A stretch of DNA of 63,654 nucleotides, counting the filler, from Aduncisulcus paluster (lineage: Eukaryota): the NCBI GenBank assembly GCA_024181965.1. It is 15 parts of 15 records of this genome, joined end to end, with 100 filler letters (N's around TTAATTAATTAA, not from the genome) between each part and the next. Parts side by side here need not be neighbours in the genome. Positions count along the whole stretch, not along the records: positions 12,186 to 14,326 come from BQXS01011782.1; positions 14,427 to 16,660 come from BQXS01011783.1; positions 16,761 to 18,997 come from BQXS01011784.1; positions 19,098 to 21,296 come from BQXS01011786.1; positions 21,397 to 23,282 come from BQXS01011787.1; positions 23,383 to 25,657 come from BQXS01011788.1; 9 more parts are not named here. One strand, 5' to 3'. Positions 12,186 through 23,837 of this stretch are shown piece by piece. Position numbers and translations under genes: made by a program. The notes beneath the pieces were generated by a model. The model made no database searches and had not been told where the DNA came from. It saw only the letters and a list, made by a program, of their open reading frames with translations. Numbering within the stretch: the stretch's first letter is position 1; the number at the start of each line of letters is the position of its first letter.

Positions 12186-12711
12186 AAGCATCAGGGGATT
12201 AGATTCGTAGCAGTATACAGACATATGTATACCATCATATTCCGAGTTCTTGATATTTTTGATTGTAAACAAAAGCAAGTGAAAATGAAACAGAAAGGCA
12301 AGGATAAGGATAGAAATGAAATGGAAATATATCCATGTTATTGAATAGCATTGAAATCGTTCATAAATGTTCTTAACACGTGAAATGGAACTATATCCAG
12401 TCCTGAGGGTTCTCCAAAAGCCTGAGATATCGAGAATAAACACCATGGCATGGAAATGAAAATAAAACATGTTTTTATCATTTACCAGCATTTAATTCGT
12501 TTATATGTGTTTTTTTAATTTTCCAATCTTATCTATTGAAGGGTTGCTTGTTCAGTCCTCCATTTTTTCGATTTCTCGTCGTACAAGCAAATTGTATGTT
12601 TACTATATGTTGCATCTTTTATTAAATGTAGATTAAGAAATATTTTAACCGGATTCATTCATTATTCTGCTTGTTTTTATTTTTTAGATAAGAAATTCTA
12701 TCTCTATTCAA
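12186..12711 (+). promoter_or_regulatory. Conserved upstream region (putative promoter) of the kinase family
   Basis: Shared with 7860-8310 and 18567-18728; runs up to the ATG in both visible genes. Confidence 0.6.
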
Positions 12712-14326
12712 ATGAGTTCATCCACAGATGCTGTTATTCAAACTGTGGAACCTGAGTTTGTTCATGAAGGAGAATACGATTGCTCCCCAATTCCTCGAGA
12801 TGCCCCCAATATTAAGAGTGCAGAGCTACCAACTATCAAAGCAATAGATGGAACCAAGAAAGAAGGTGATGAAAAGTACGATCAGAGTTCTGAAGCACAA
12901 GATATGATGAAGGGGGAGGTTAATATAGGACAATTTACCCATATCTCCATTCCTTTCTCTTCATCTTCCCCAATGAAAGGGGCTTATATCTGTCTATGTG
13001 GTTATTATTCAACTCCATCACACCTTATCTTCACTCTCACATCTTCAAAGGGTGATAAAACATCCAAGAAATACGAGTTTCCTGGATTTGAAGGTGGTCA
13101 TTGGTATTTTCTTCCTGTTGATCTCCCCGATGTTGTTCTGTGTGAGATTACAGGGAAAGGAAGAAAGAGAGAGTATTTTGAAATCGAATCCCTTGTTTTC
13201 ATTAGTAGAGAAGAAACTCCTGAAGAAATCACATCTCGTGAAGCCAGAGAGAAACTATGGTCTGAAGCTCCAGTTGTGAAACCAGAGTTTGTTAAGGAAG
13301 GTGGTAGAGATTCTATTCCCATGCCACGTGATGATCCAAAGCTTGTTGATCCTTCGTTTTCAATGGTTAAGTGCAAGAATGATTCGGTGAGTATGGAATC
13401 TGAGAAGTGTGATCAGAGTTCAGAAGCACAAGGAATGTTAAAAGGAGAATGTGATTTATCCTTATCCCATCTTTCCATCCATTTCCCATCACCTAGTCCA
13501 ATGAAAGGTGCTTATATCTGTGTGAGTAAGAATTACAGTTCACCTTCTCTTCTCTTCACTTTCACTGATTGTGATGGTAAGAAGACATCCAAGAAGTATG
13601 AATTCACAAGATCTAAACATTTATATGAATGGCACTTCCTTCCTATTGATTTGCATAATGTTGTATTGTGTGAGATTGAAGGGAAAGGAACGTGGATAAG
13701 GAAGAATAGTCGAAATTTCAGGATCAACTCCCTTGTTTTCCTTCGAGGTGATGATATTCCCACCTCTCCTTCTCTTCTTACTCCTGTTCCTGTTCCTTCC
13801 AGTTCCTCCAAGACACCCACATCAACTTTATCTTTGCCATCAAAACCTGTGAAAGAAGTTGTTATTAAAGGAAATGATAAGGATCCAAGACCAAAAGACA
13901 CCAAACCGAAGAAACATAAGGATAAAAAGAAACATAACCCCAAGGATGGCAAGCCCAAGTATAACCCCAAGCACGACTCGCTAACCCTGACATCTGCATC
14001 CACGCTAACTTCACAGTGCATCATTGGCAGTGGTGGGTTCGGAGAGGTTCTTCTTGTTCTTATTGATGGCATTCCTTTCCCATGTGTTCTGAAGAAGATG
14101 CTTCGGATTGCGGACAAAACTGTTGTGAAAGGGTGTCGGAAGGAGTTTAAAGTGCAACTCAAGTTGTTTAACAATCCCAAATGTTTCAACCGTATCCCAC
14201 GTCCTCTGTATATCCTTGACCTGCTTGATTGCGATATGAAAGGTGTGTATGGCTTCCTGATGGAGTTCTGTGTTGGAGGCAGTGTGAGTGCGTTTGCCAA
14301 GCGTTGGTGTGCTGATGGCAAGTATG
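12712..14326 (+). CDS. Multicopy protein kinase with two tandem ~160-aa N-terminal domains, copy A (3' partial)
   Basis: Repeat motif (HxSIxF..SPMKGAYIC..KKYEF..WxFLPxDL..VVLCEIxGKG..SLVF) x2, then a Pro/Lys linker, GSGGFG, CVLKK, alphaC Glu and hinge LMEF. Confidence 0.88.
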
Positions 14327-14988
14327 NNNNNNNNNNNNNNNNNNNNNNNNNNNNNNNNNNNNNNNNNNNNTTAATTAATTAANNNNNNNNNNNNNNNNNN
14401 NNNNNNNNNNNNNNNNNNNNNNNNNNGTTTCCCTCCACAGCCAATTCAATATGGATCTTCTTCTTCTCACCCTTCTCTTTCACGGGAATCACAATTTTCT
14501 AGCCTTTCTTCCCAGTTCTCTCATTCTTCTCTTCAAATGACTCTCGAATTTCCATAATCCATTAGCAACGTTGATATCATTCACTGTCCCATGTTCTTCC
14601 GTTATTTTATGTTTTATTTATGTAATTTTTTTTTATTTTTTTATCCAGCTTTGGTTCTCAGAATCTCAGCTCCTTCCGACCGTTGGATTCTCTTCCTTTC
14701 GTCATTTTTTTTAAAAAATTTTTTTTCTCGTTTTGCCTCATATTTGAGCAATTTAATCTTCAGTTCTTCAGAACATTCTGAAATAAATGTATTTTTGACC
14801 CATTTTGGGCAGACTCCACCTCAGGTAAGACTTCCCTGATATGGACAAATATCAAGTTATTATCTGATTAAATTTAAATTTTACAAATTATATGCAAAAT
14901 TTATGCAAATAATAATTCTTCTTGAATCTTTAGCATATCGGATAGCACCACAAGAAAATTTGTAAGTTTTGATCGCATAATTACGTCA

Positions 14989-16548
14989 ATGGCATCTTTT
15001 TTCTTAAGTATTATCCAACCAGTTATTGATGTGTACTCTAATTTAATTGGATTTCTTACCTATATATCGGAAGAAAAGCTAGGAATTCCACTTGACATGC
15101 TTTGTACTACGGCTTCTCTTATTTTCATGATCCCAAGTGCAATTACCCTGTATTATGTTCGAAATGTCACGGCAAGAAAGCTTATTTCTTTCATTATCGG
15201 ATATATGTTTGTGATTTTTTCATTTGGATTATCTGGAGCTGCAACTATTCTCTTCTATGCAATATTTTATTTCTTAATCTACATTAGAACTCCAACAATT
15301 GTGATGTATATCATTAGTTTTACGTATTTAATGAGTCAGCATGTTGCTCGATACTTCCGTCCTTTTGGTTGGGAAGCTGATGTTACATGCCATACAATGC
15401 TCGCAGTTTTACGTCTTATTTCAATTTCTTACAATATAAGTGACGGAAAAATCTTCCATAAAAAGAAAGGAACACCTGAGAAGAAGAAATATCATCCCTT
15501 TAAGTATCTCTCTGCTAGCGCCATCTCTCGTCGCCAAAAATACAGTGTAGCAGAGATTCCTTCTCTATTATCCTTTTTCTCATATTTGTATTATTTCCCC
15601 CATTCTATTTATGGACCTATGGTTGAATATCGTGATTTTAATGCCTTCATCTCTCTGAAACATGAATATAAACCACATAAACCTTCCCCAGGACGTTTTA
15701 AAGCCATTGCATACCAAATATTTTGTGCCCTTCCCAGTTTATTCGGTCCTTTGTTTGGCGAATCTCATTTCCCCTCTAATTTCACTGCCACGGATGAGTT
15801 TGCTGCATATTCTCCACTCCGTAAGATCCTTTATATCTTTATTCTTCGTTGGGCAGTCACCACCAAGTATTACTTTGCATGGTCCTTTGTGGATTTAATT
15901 GACATCCTCACTGGTCTCTCAGAAAACACTGAAACGGGTACTTATCATAGATTTCGCAATGTTGATGTCTGGAAAATTGAGTTTTCACAGAATTTTAAAC
16001 AATTGGCGAATGATTGGAATCGTCAAGTGTCCGAATTTCTTCGGTATTATTGTTACGAAAGAATCCCATCCTCTTCTGCGAATATCCGTCAGGTGGGATC
16101 CTTTGTTCTGAGTGCAATTTGGCATGGATGTTCCCCCGGGTATCCTGTGTTTTTCGTTACCATAGCGCTTGTTACCTCAGCTCACAAGGAGATGTTTAAG
16201 ACATTGCGTCCTCTGGCTAGGCGTCTTGGAAAGGTCCCATATTTTATTTATGATATCATATCACGTATCTCAACACCTTGGCTCATGTCTTACTTTGGAA
16301 TTGCCTTTTTTACCGAGGAGTTCAGTACTACCATGAAGGGTTATAAGGCCTTGAATTTCATTCCACACATTGTAATGGGGATATTTTTGGTCCTCCCATG
16401 GAAATGGCTGAGGAAAATACTCAAGATAAAGCGCACCAAGAATGGATATGAGTGTTTTCTTGGAATTGAGGAGAACTTGAAAGAAGAATCTCCTTCCAAG
16501 GTTGAAGGCACTGACGATGTGAAAGAAATAACAACATCAAGCGAGTAA
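14989..16548 (+). CDS. MBOAT-family lysophospholipid acyltransferase (LPCAT3/Ale1-like)
   Basis: Multi-TM protein with YGPMVEY, KYYFAW, WN..VSEFLRYYCYER and SAIWHGCSPGY (catalytic His). Confidence 0.92.
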   Translation: MASFFLSIIQPVIDVYSNLIGFLTYISEEKLGIPLDMLCTTASLIFMIPSAITLYYVRNVTARKLISFIIGYMFVIFSFGLSGAATILFYAIFYFLIYIRTPTIVMYIISFTYLMSQHVARYFRPFGWEADVTCHTMLAVLRLISISYNISDGKIFHKKKGTPEKKKYHPFKYLSASAISRRQKYSVAEIPSLLSFFSYLYYFPHSIYGPMVEYRDFNAFISLKHEYKPHKPSPGRFKAIAYQIFCALPSLFGPLFGESHFPSNFTATDEFAAYSPLRKILYIFILRWAVTTKYYFAWSFVDLIDILTGLSENTETGTYHRFRNVDVWKIEFSQNFKQLANDWNRQVSEFLRYYCYERIPSSSANIRQVGSFVLSAIWHGCSPGYPVFFVTIALVTSAHKEMFKTLRPLARRLGKVPYFIYDIISRISTPWLMSYFGIAFFTEEFSTTMKGYKALNFIPHIVMGIFLVLPWKWLRKILKIKRTKNGYECFLGIEENLKEESPSKVEGTDDVKEITTSSE

Positions 16549-16760
16549 CCAATGTTTGAATCCATCATATCAAAAGCTTATTATTATGTCGTGCGCTTCG
16601 ATCTATTTTTTCAAGGTATTTTTCGGAAACTATTCCCCAGGACCAGGTCTGGATCCAAAGNNNNNNNNNNNNNNNNNNNNNNNNNNNNNNNNNNNNNNNN
16701 NNNNTTAATTAATTAANNNNNNNNNNNNNNNNNNNNNNNNNNNNNNNNNNNNNNNNNNNN

Positions 16761-18566
16761 ACACACTTTCACAGGGTTCAGTGTCATGGCGTCAAAGTCA
16801 GGCACAGCAGTGTCAACATCGGCACTCTCAGAGCCAGAGCCAGAGCTTGAGTCTGAGTCTGAGTCTGAGTCTGAGTCTGAGTCTGAGTCTGAGTCTGAGG
16901 GTTCACTATCATCAGCAGTATCATCAACACTCACATACTTGCCATCAGCACACCAACGCTTGGCAAACGCACTCACACTGCCTCCAACACAGAACTCCAT
17001 CAGGAAGCCATACACACCTTTCATATCGCAATCAAGCAGGTCAAGGATATACAGAGGACGTGGGATACGGTTGAAACATTTGGGATTGTTAAACAACTTG
17101 AGTTGCACTTTAAACTCCTTCCGACACCCTTTCACAACAGTTTTGTCCGCAATCCGAAGCATCTTCTTCAGAACACATGGGAAAGGAATGCCATCAATAA
17201 GAACAAGAAGAACCTCTCCGAACCCACCACTGCCAATGATGCACTGTGAAGTCAGCGTGGATGCAGATGTCAGGGTTAGCGAGTCGTGTTTGGGGTTATA
17301 CTTGGACTTGCCATCCTTGGGGTTATGTTTCTTTTTATCCTTATGTTTCTTCGGTTTGGTGTCTTTTGGTCTTGGATCCTTATCATTTCCTTTAATAACA
17401 ATTTCTTCTTCTTCTTCTTCTTCTTTCACAGGTTTTGATGGCAAAGACAAAGTTGATGTGGGTGTCTTGGAGGAACTGGAAGGAACAGGAACAGGAGTAA
17501 GAAGAGGAGGAGAGGTGGGAATATCATCACCTCGAAGGAAAACAAGGGATTGGATAATGAAACGTCGACTATTCTTCTCATCCCACATTCCTTTCCCTTC
17601 AAGCTCACACAATACGACATTATCCAAATCAATAGGAAGGAAGTGCCATTCATATCTATGTCTAGGTCTTGTGAATTCATACTTCTTGAATGTCTTCTTA
17701 CCATCACAATCAGTGAAAGTGAAGAGAAGAGAGGGTGAACTAACATTCTTACTCACACAGATATAAGCACCTTTCATAGGACTAGGTGATGGGAAAGGGA
17801 TGGAAAGATGGGATAATTGGACACTCCATTCCCCTTTCAACATTTTTTGTGCTTCTGAACTCTGATCATACTCCTCAGATTCCTTACTATACAAATCATC
17901 CTTACTCTTAACCACTGAGAATGAAGGATCCACAAGCTTTGGATCATCACGTGGAATGGGAATAGAATCTTCATCTCCTTCCTTAACAAACTCTGGTTTC
18001 ACAACTGGAGCTTCAGACCATAGTTTCTCTCTGGCTTCACGAGATTTGAGTTCTTCAGGAGTTTCTTCTCTACTAATGAAAACAAGGGAGAGGATATTAA
18101 AACACTCTTTCTCTCTTCCTTTCCCTGTAATCTCACACAGAACAACATCAGGGAGATCAACAGGAAGGAAATACCAACGATGACCTCTAAATCCAGGAAA
18201 CTCGTATTTCTTGGATGTTTTATCACCCTTTGAAGATGTGAGAGTGAAGATAAGATGTGATGGAGTATAAGAATTACCATATAGACAGATATAAGCCCCT
18301 TTCATTGGGGAAGATGAAGAGAAAGGAATGGAGATATGGGTAAAATATCCATAATTATCCTCTCCTTTCATCATATATTGTACTTGAGAACTCTGATCGT
18401 ACCCATATTTACCTTCTTCCTTGGTTCCATCTATTGCTTTGATAGTTGGAAACTCTGCACTCTTAATATTGGGGGCATCTCCAGGAATTGGAGAACAACG
18501 CCAATCTCCTTCAAAAACAAACTCAGGTTCCACAGTTTGAATAACAGCATCTGTGGATGAACTCAT
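16761..18566 (-). CDS. Multicopy protein kinase with tandem N-terminal domains, copy B (3' partial)
   Basis: Paralog of 12712-14326 with identical protein sequence over the shared kinase part. Carries an (SD)n insert after the hinge, encoded by a hexamer repeat at ~16848-16898. Confidence 0.88.
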
Positions 18567-18728
18567 TTGGATAGAGATAGAATTTCTTATCTAAAATATA
18601 AAAACAAGCAGAATAATGGATGAATCCAAATAAAATATTTCTTAATATACATTTAATAAAAGATGTGACATATAGTAAACATACAATTTGCTTGTACGAC
18701 GAGAAAAAATGGAGGACTGAACAAGCAA

Positions 18729-18997
18729 GTCGGGGCGTCTTTATTTAATGTTGTTCAAATAAATTTTTACACTTATTTAATTATCTATATTTTATATTAT
18801 ATTTCACATCTGTGATTCCTACTTTGATCCAGCTTCGCCAAATACTTGGAGAAACAGTAACCATATCCTTTCGCCAATGCTGCGCCAAGGCGAGCAAGTC
18901 TCCAGAATGAGGTTTGGAAGAGGGATTTTTCAGAAACCGTGCTATCTTCGCTGGAAGTGTCTCCAGAAAATGAATCCACTTCACTTGTTGCAGTCAC
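18729..18997 (-). mobile_element. 3' end of the RLE non-LTR element inserted upstream of kinase copy B
   Basis: Near-identical reverse complement of 58961-59221. It abuts TTGCTTGTTCAG, where empty copies (12544, ~7952) continue with the normal upstream sequence. Confidence 0.85.
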
Positions 18998-19097
18998 NNN
19001 NNNNNNNNNNNNNNNNNNNNNNNNNNNNNNNNNNNNNNNNNTTAATTAATTAANNNNNNNNNNNNNNNNNNNNNNNNNNNNNNNNNNNNNNNNNNNN

Positions 19098-19539
19098 CTT
19101 GTTGAGATCTCACGTCGGTTCTGTTGGAAAATGTGCGTGTCCTCCCTTCTCTGTCCAATTCTGGAGTGTCCTCCGACCCATCATGCTGTGGTGGAGGATT
19201 CTCTTTTCGCCAGATCTCATGAAAGACCGACAAAATGAATTTTCGAGGTGAATTGTTGGGCAAGGCAGCTACCATGTCCGACCTTTCAGTATCAGGGATT
19301 AAGGTACTACCCGTGATTTTTGTCGCCACCTGTTTGCACAGAGTCGCCCCAGGTTTTGGGAAATTCACAGTTCCCGAAGAAACAGTATGGGATTGAGAAC
19401 TACATGAATCACTATCACCCAAAAGGATATTCAAGTGATCCATGTTGGTAAATCCCAACTCTGTAAACCATTCCTTCAGCATTTCGACCGTTACTCCATA
19501 ATCAATCAGTTTTTGAGCAACTTCTTCGACTTCCAGCAT
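19098..19539 (-). CDS. Hypothetical protein (3' partial), possibly the 5' ORF of a mobile element
   Basis: ORF with ATG start running into the gap; no recognised motif. Confidence 0.45.
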
Positions 19540-19787
19540 GTTTGTTAATAAATAACCGCAATGTTATTCCAAACAATTAGAATTCAGTAATTATGGAAAT
19601 GGAAAATTTGTCCACGTCACACACACACAACTTGCGTAATTTGAAATTATTAAATGAATTCTTGATCTGGCTCCTTCTTCATTCCGCAATGGCAGAATAA
19701 TAATAATTCCGAATTCCATATTTTATTCATAAATATCATTGGATTTATCGATATACTTTAATTCATTCAGATAAAAACCGAATAAAC

Positions 19788-20561
19788 TTACTTTTTGATA
19801 AATATAAGGGAAGCAATTGAGAAATTTCTCCTCTTCTCTCCATCTCTCCATGTTCCTTTCCCTTCAATCTCACACAGCTCAACATTATACAAATCAATAG
19901 GAAGGAGATGCCAAGAAATCCCCTACATCGCGAGGCTCATGCTTATGTTTTAGGAAACTAGGGTGGTCAGTTACAAAGTCCCATCTTACCCTCTCTGCCT
20001 CCATAAGAAACTCTGCTATCACAGGACGAGCGCTGGCCCAGATGCGATCGGAGGCTGCAAGATCTGCTGCCATAATTTCTTCAACACTACGACTTGTAAA
20101 AACAAGAGATTTAATCATAAAACACTCCTCTTCTGGGTGTTCTCTTCCTCTTCCTTTAATCTCACACCGATTAACATTAGGGAGATCAAGAGGAAGAGAA
20201 CACCAATGATAACCTATATATTCAGAAAATGTGTATTTCTTTGTAATAATAGATCACCTTCAGATGTAAAAGTAAACTCTAAATATTGAGGACTCCTCGG
20301 AGAAGTAGACCCACCACCAACACAAATAAGAGCTCCCTTAATTGGGGAAGATGATGTGAAAGGAATGGAGATATAGGTAAATTGTTTGGTATACAGAGAG
20401 CCTCCAAGTAATATATTCTTTGCATCAGCTATTCGATCACAAGTTCCTTTCTTCGCTTCAATGGAATCAAAGTTCACCTTTTTTATATCAGGGGAATCTC
20501 GAGGAATTGGACAGCAAAAGAAGTTTCCTTCTTGAACAAATTTAGCTGCTTCTGGATCCAT
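19788..20561 (-). pseudogene. Degenerate kinase-less member of the tandem-domain family
   Basis: FTYISIPFTSSSPIKGALIC, then a frameshift near 20250, then KKYTF..WCSLPLDLPNVNRCEIKGRG..SLVF. The second domain lacks its middle and resumes in another frame as WHLLPIDLYNVELCEIEGKG..SLIFIKK*. Confidence 0.8.
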
Positions 20562-20791
20562 TCTTGATCTATGTATTGTTATATATTGAATTTAAAAACC
20601 AGAATATTGATTGGTTAAACCATAAATGTGAGTTTCAAGGAGGAAAAGACGACACGAAAAAGTATCACCAGAAAAAGTTAATAAAATTGAATGAAAACTC
20701 ATAAAATGTGCTTTTATGCTTACTAAACGGGACAAATGACATACAATAAGTATTCTATTTCTGTAAGAGTCGGGAAAGATGGATTATTAAT

Positions 20792-21296
20792 AAGGATGAA
20801 TTTTTTTTGCGACTATGTCGCACTGCGACTTTTTCAATATTCTAAAAACGTTAAAATTAATATCCTATGATACCCTTATTCATTTATTATTTTTTTATTT
20901 TTATCTGCTTGCTTAATAGAGCCATGGAGATGAAAATTAAAAAAGCATCTGAGTTTTCTGGAATTTTTATAAAATAAATATAATAATTATACACAATTAA
21001 ACATACGCTGTATTTTTTATTTATTTTTACATCCCTTATTCATTCGCTTCTGGTGACAGAATTTTGTGCACTTCATTTTGGCTGCACGACAAGGACAAGT
21101 GTGATATAAACATTGGCCCTTACATAAACATGCTCCTGTGACACCATTGTTCTTGCGTTTTTTGATTAGTCTCCCCTTTAGTTCTTTTGGCCTTTTTTGT
21201 TTCTTCGGTTCTTCGATTATCTTTGAAGAATCTGGATAAAAGCCGCTTTCTTCCTCTTTTTTTCCACTTTTTAGTGCTGAAGATATCAAGGAAGGT
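20792..21296 (-). mobile_element. Putative DNA-transposon 3' end: Cys-rich (CXC-like) ORF tail (stop at 21017) plus terminal motif
   Basis: KKRKNNGVTGACLCKGQCLYHTCPCRAAKMKCTKFCH..CKNK*. Homologous to 25758-26448, with shared AATTCATCCTT ending 225 bp after the stop. Confidence 0.55.
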
Positions 21297-21396
21297 NNNN
21301 NNNNNNNNNNNNNNNNNNNNNNNNNNNNNNNNNNNNNNNNTTAATTAATTAANNNNNNNNNNNNNNNNNNNNNNNNNNNNNNNNNNNNNNNNNNNN

Positions 21397-23282
21397 ATCA
21401 ATTCCAATGCTGAGTATGATAAGTTGGTTGTTCAGATCTTGGCAAAGGCTGTGACGTCTGGAACCATTGATTCTGGTCTGAGGATATTATCTGCGAGTGG
21501 CTGTGGATTGAGTGCTATCAGTGATGTGCTTGACTTGACTCCCATTGCTTCTGGAGACTCAACCACAGACCAATTCAAACTGACATCCCTAGATCTCTCA
21601 AACAACTCCATCTCTGATGTATCTGTTCTCATCACAGAATCGATATTCCCAAATAATTTCCTCACAACTCTTGACATCAGTGATAATAATATCTGTGATA
21701 TTGAAGGAATGGTTGATGAATTGGAAACTTATTTCTCCACTGGAATCTCGATTACCTACTCAGACCAAACATGCCATTGTTCTGCATCCGTGTCTTCTGC
21801 AGCTCACCAAGTGTGTCGTGAAGTGTATCCCGATCGTTGGGCTGTCGAGTGCTGGAATGGGTACTATCTTGACAAAGCCAGCGGAGAGTGTCTTGAGGTA
21901 TGTGCGGGTGGGTCTGAGATTGATACTTCCAGTGGAAGCCCACCATATCCATGCATAACAGCTGCTTCAGATGTTGATGATTCCATTCGTGTCCAAGTAT
22001 GTGAAAGACATACCAATATGATGGCTGTTCTTGAAGTTGGTGATTCATCCATTACATGTGGTTGTCGATCTGCCTGGTATGGTGATGAGTGTGACCAATT
22101 GTATCAAGTGTACATTCCAGATGAGTTATTTAGAGAGAAAGTGTGTGTATATGCCGGTTATGATATTGTATCTGATCCATTGTGTGATGTGTCAGAGTTT
22201 GAGATGGCTGGGATAAGTGGGTATTTTTACTCAAATAATTCCCATATTACGTCCTTTGAAGGTGCTCAGTATTTGATAAACATTTATTATTTCGGTGGAC
22301 AAGATACAGATGTAACATCAGTTTATCCTATCTCTTTCCTTGAACAACTATCATACTTATATTTTTATCAGACTTCAACTACCTATAATGGCAATATTTA
22401 TGATCTCAATTCCTTGTTTACATTGAATAGATTGTTTACATTGTCTATTTCTGGGAATGAACAAATCTATGATATATCTGTCTCATTTAGGAATGTTGGA
22501 TTGTCTAAGATGTATATTGCGAAAGCATATGATTCTGCATTCATACCTCTCTGTAGATCAGAAGATGATACCGATTATTGGACATTTATAACGACTGTCT
22601 TTCCAATTCATGGTTCAAAGAGTAAGGATGATGTCTCTATTCCCAATACTTGTGCTTTGAACAATGTGGATGATTATGTATGTGACTCAGAAACATATCC
22701 AACGCAATGCCCTTCAATAGTTCTAAATGAGGTGTACAACAGTGTTGCTGATCCTGCAGTCAAAGAATGTGCTTTCATTGCCAAGTCTTCTGATGGTAAA
22801 TGTTACACTGTTCATGATGATTATATTCGTCAGTACTTGGTTGCTAATTGTTTACCTGGAGGAACTAATGATCTAGATTCTGGAATAATCAGTGTTGCCA
22901 CGATGAGGAGTGTTTTGTCATGTCCATTGGATACTAATAGTAATGAGTCATTGTCACTTCCAGACATAGCTTCTGCAGCTTCCTTAAGTTCTGTGAATTC
23001 CATCACGACCCTGCAAGGTCTTGAGTATGCCACTTCACTGATTTCTCTGACCCTTGATGGGTATGACTTGAGTGGATATATCAATTCCAATGCTGAGTAT
23101 GATAAGTTGGTTGTTCAGATCTTGGCAAAGGCTGTGACGTCTGGAACCATTGATTCTGGTCTGAGGATATTATCTGCGAGTGGCTGTGGATTGAGTGCTA
23201 TCAGTGATGTGCTTGACTTGACTCCCATTGCTTCTGGAGACTCAACCACAGACCAATTCAAACTGACATCCCTAGATCTCTC
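21397..23282 (+). CDS. LRR/EGF-like Cys-rich repeat surface protein unit (partial at both ends)
   Basis: LTSLDLSNNSISD, CGCRSAWYGDEC, IPDELFR cap and VCREV..WAVEC (shared with the 10127 gene). 21397-21599 is identical to 23080-23282 (1683-bp period). Confidence 0.85.
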
Positions 23283-23837
23283 NNNNNNNNNNNNNNNNNN
23301 NNNNNNNNNNNNNNNNNNNNNNNNNNTTAATTAATTAANNNNNNNNNNNNNNNNNNNNNNNNNNNNNNNNNNNNNNNNNNNNGTTGTGCTCTTGATGGTG
23401 TACTTTATGTGTTTTGGGGGAGTATATTCCAAATGTCAAAATAAACAGTTGCTTGCTTTGTATCATCAATTTGAGATTTTGGAAGCTTACTTTCAACAGT
23501 GTAAGAACATTTTATGAGTAAAAACAAATTATAATTTCTTGGAAGACCTTCATCAAAGAAATTTTTTTTTGTCAAGAGTGAATATAGAAATAAGTAAGTA
23601 ATCATCGATATCGAGCTGGCATAGAATTTATTATATGTATACAGAATCGAATGCAAGGAGACATGATAGATATCAAGATATTATCAAAAGACATGATTCT
23701 TCACTCACATCTTACAACAGAGAATAAATGCAATCAAACATGAAGCATACAGACAAATATCTCGACAATAATAAAAATAAAATATATATTTGTAAAAGAG
23801 AAATGCCTAAAAAGAGAAGTGAAAAGAGTCAGTTAAG

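Noticed and set aside
12712..13745. DGR-type mutagenesis as the cause of kinase hypervariability
   Set aside because: Differences are not adenine-restricted, and no template repeat or DGR RT is seen in the window.
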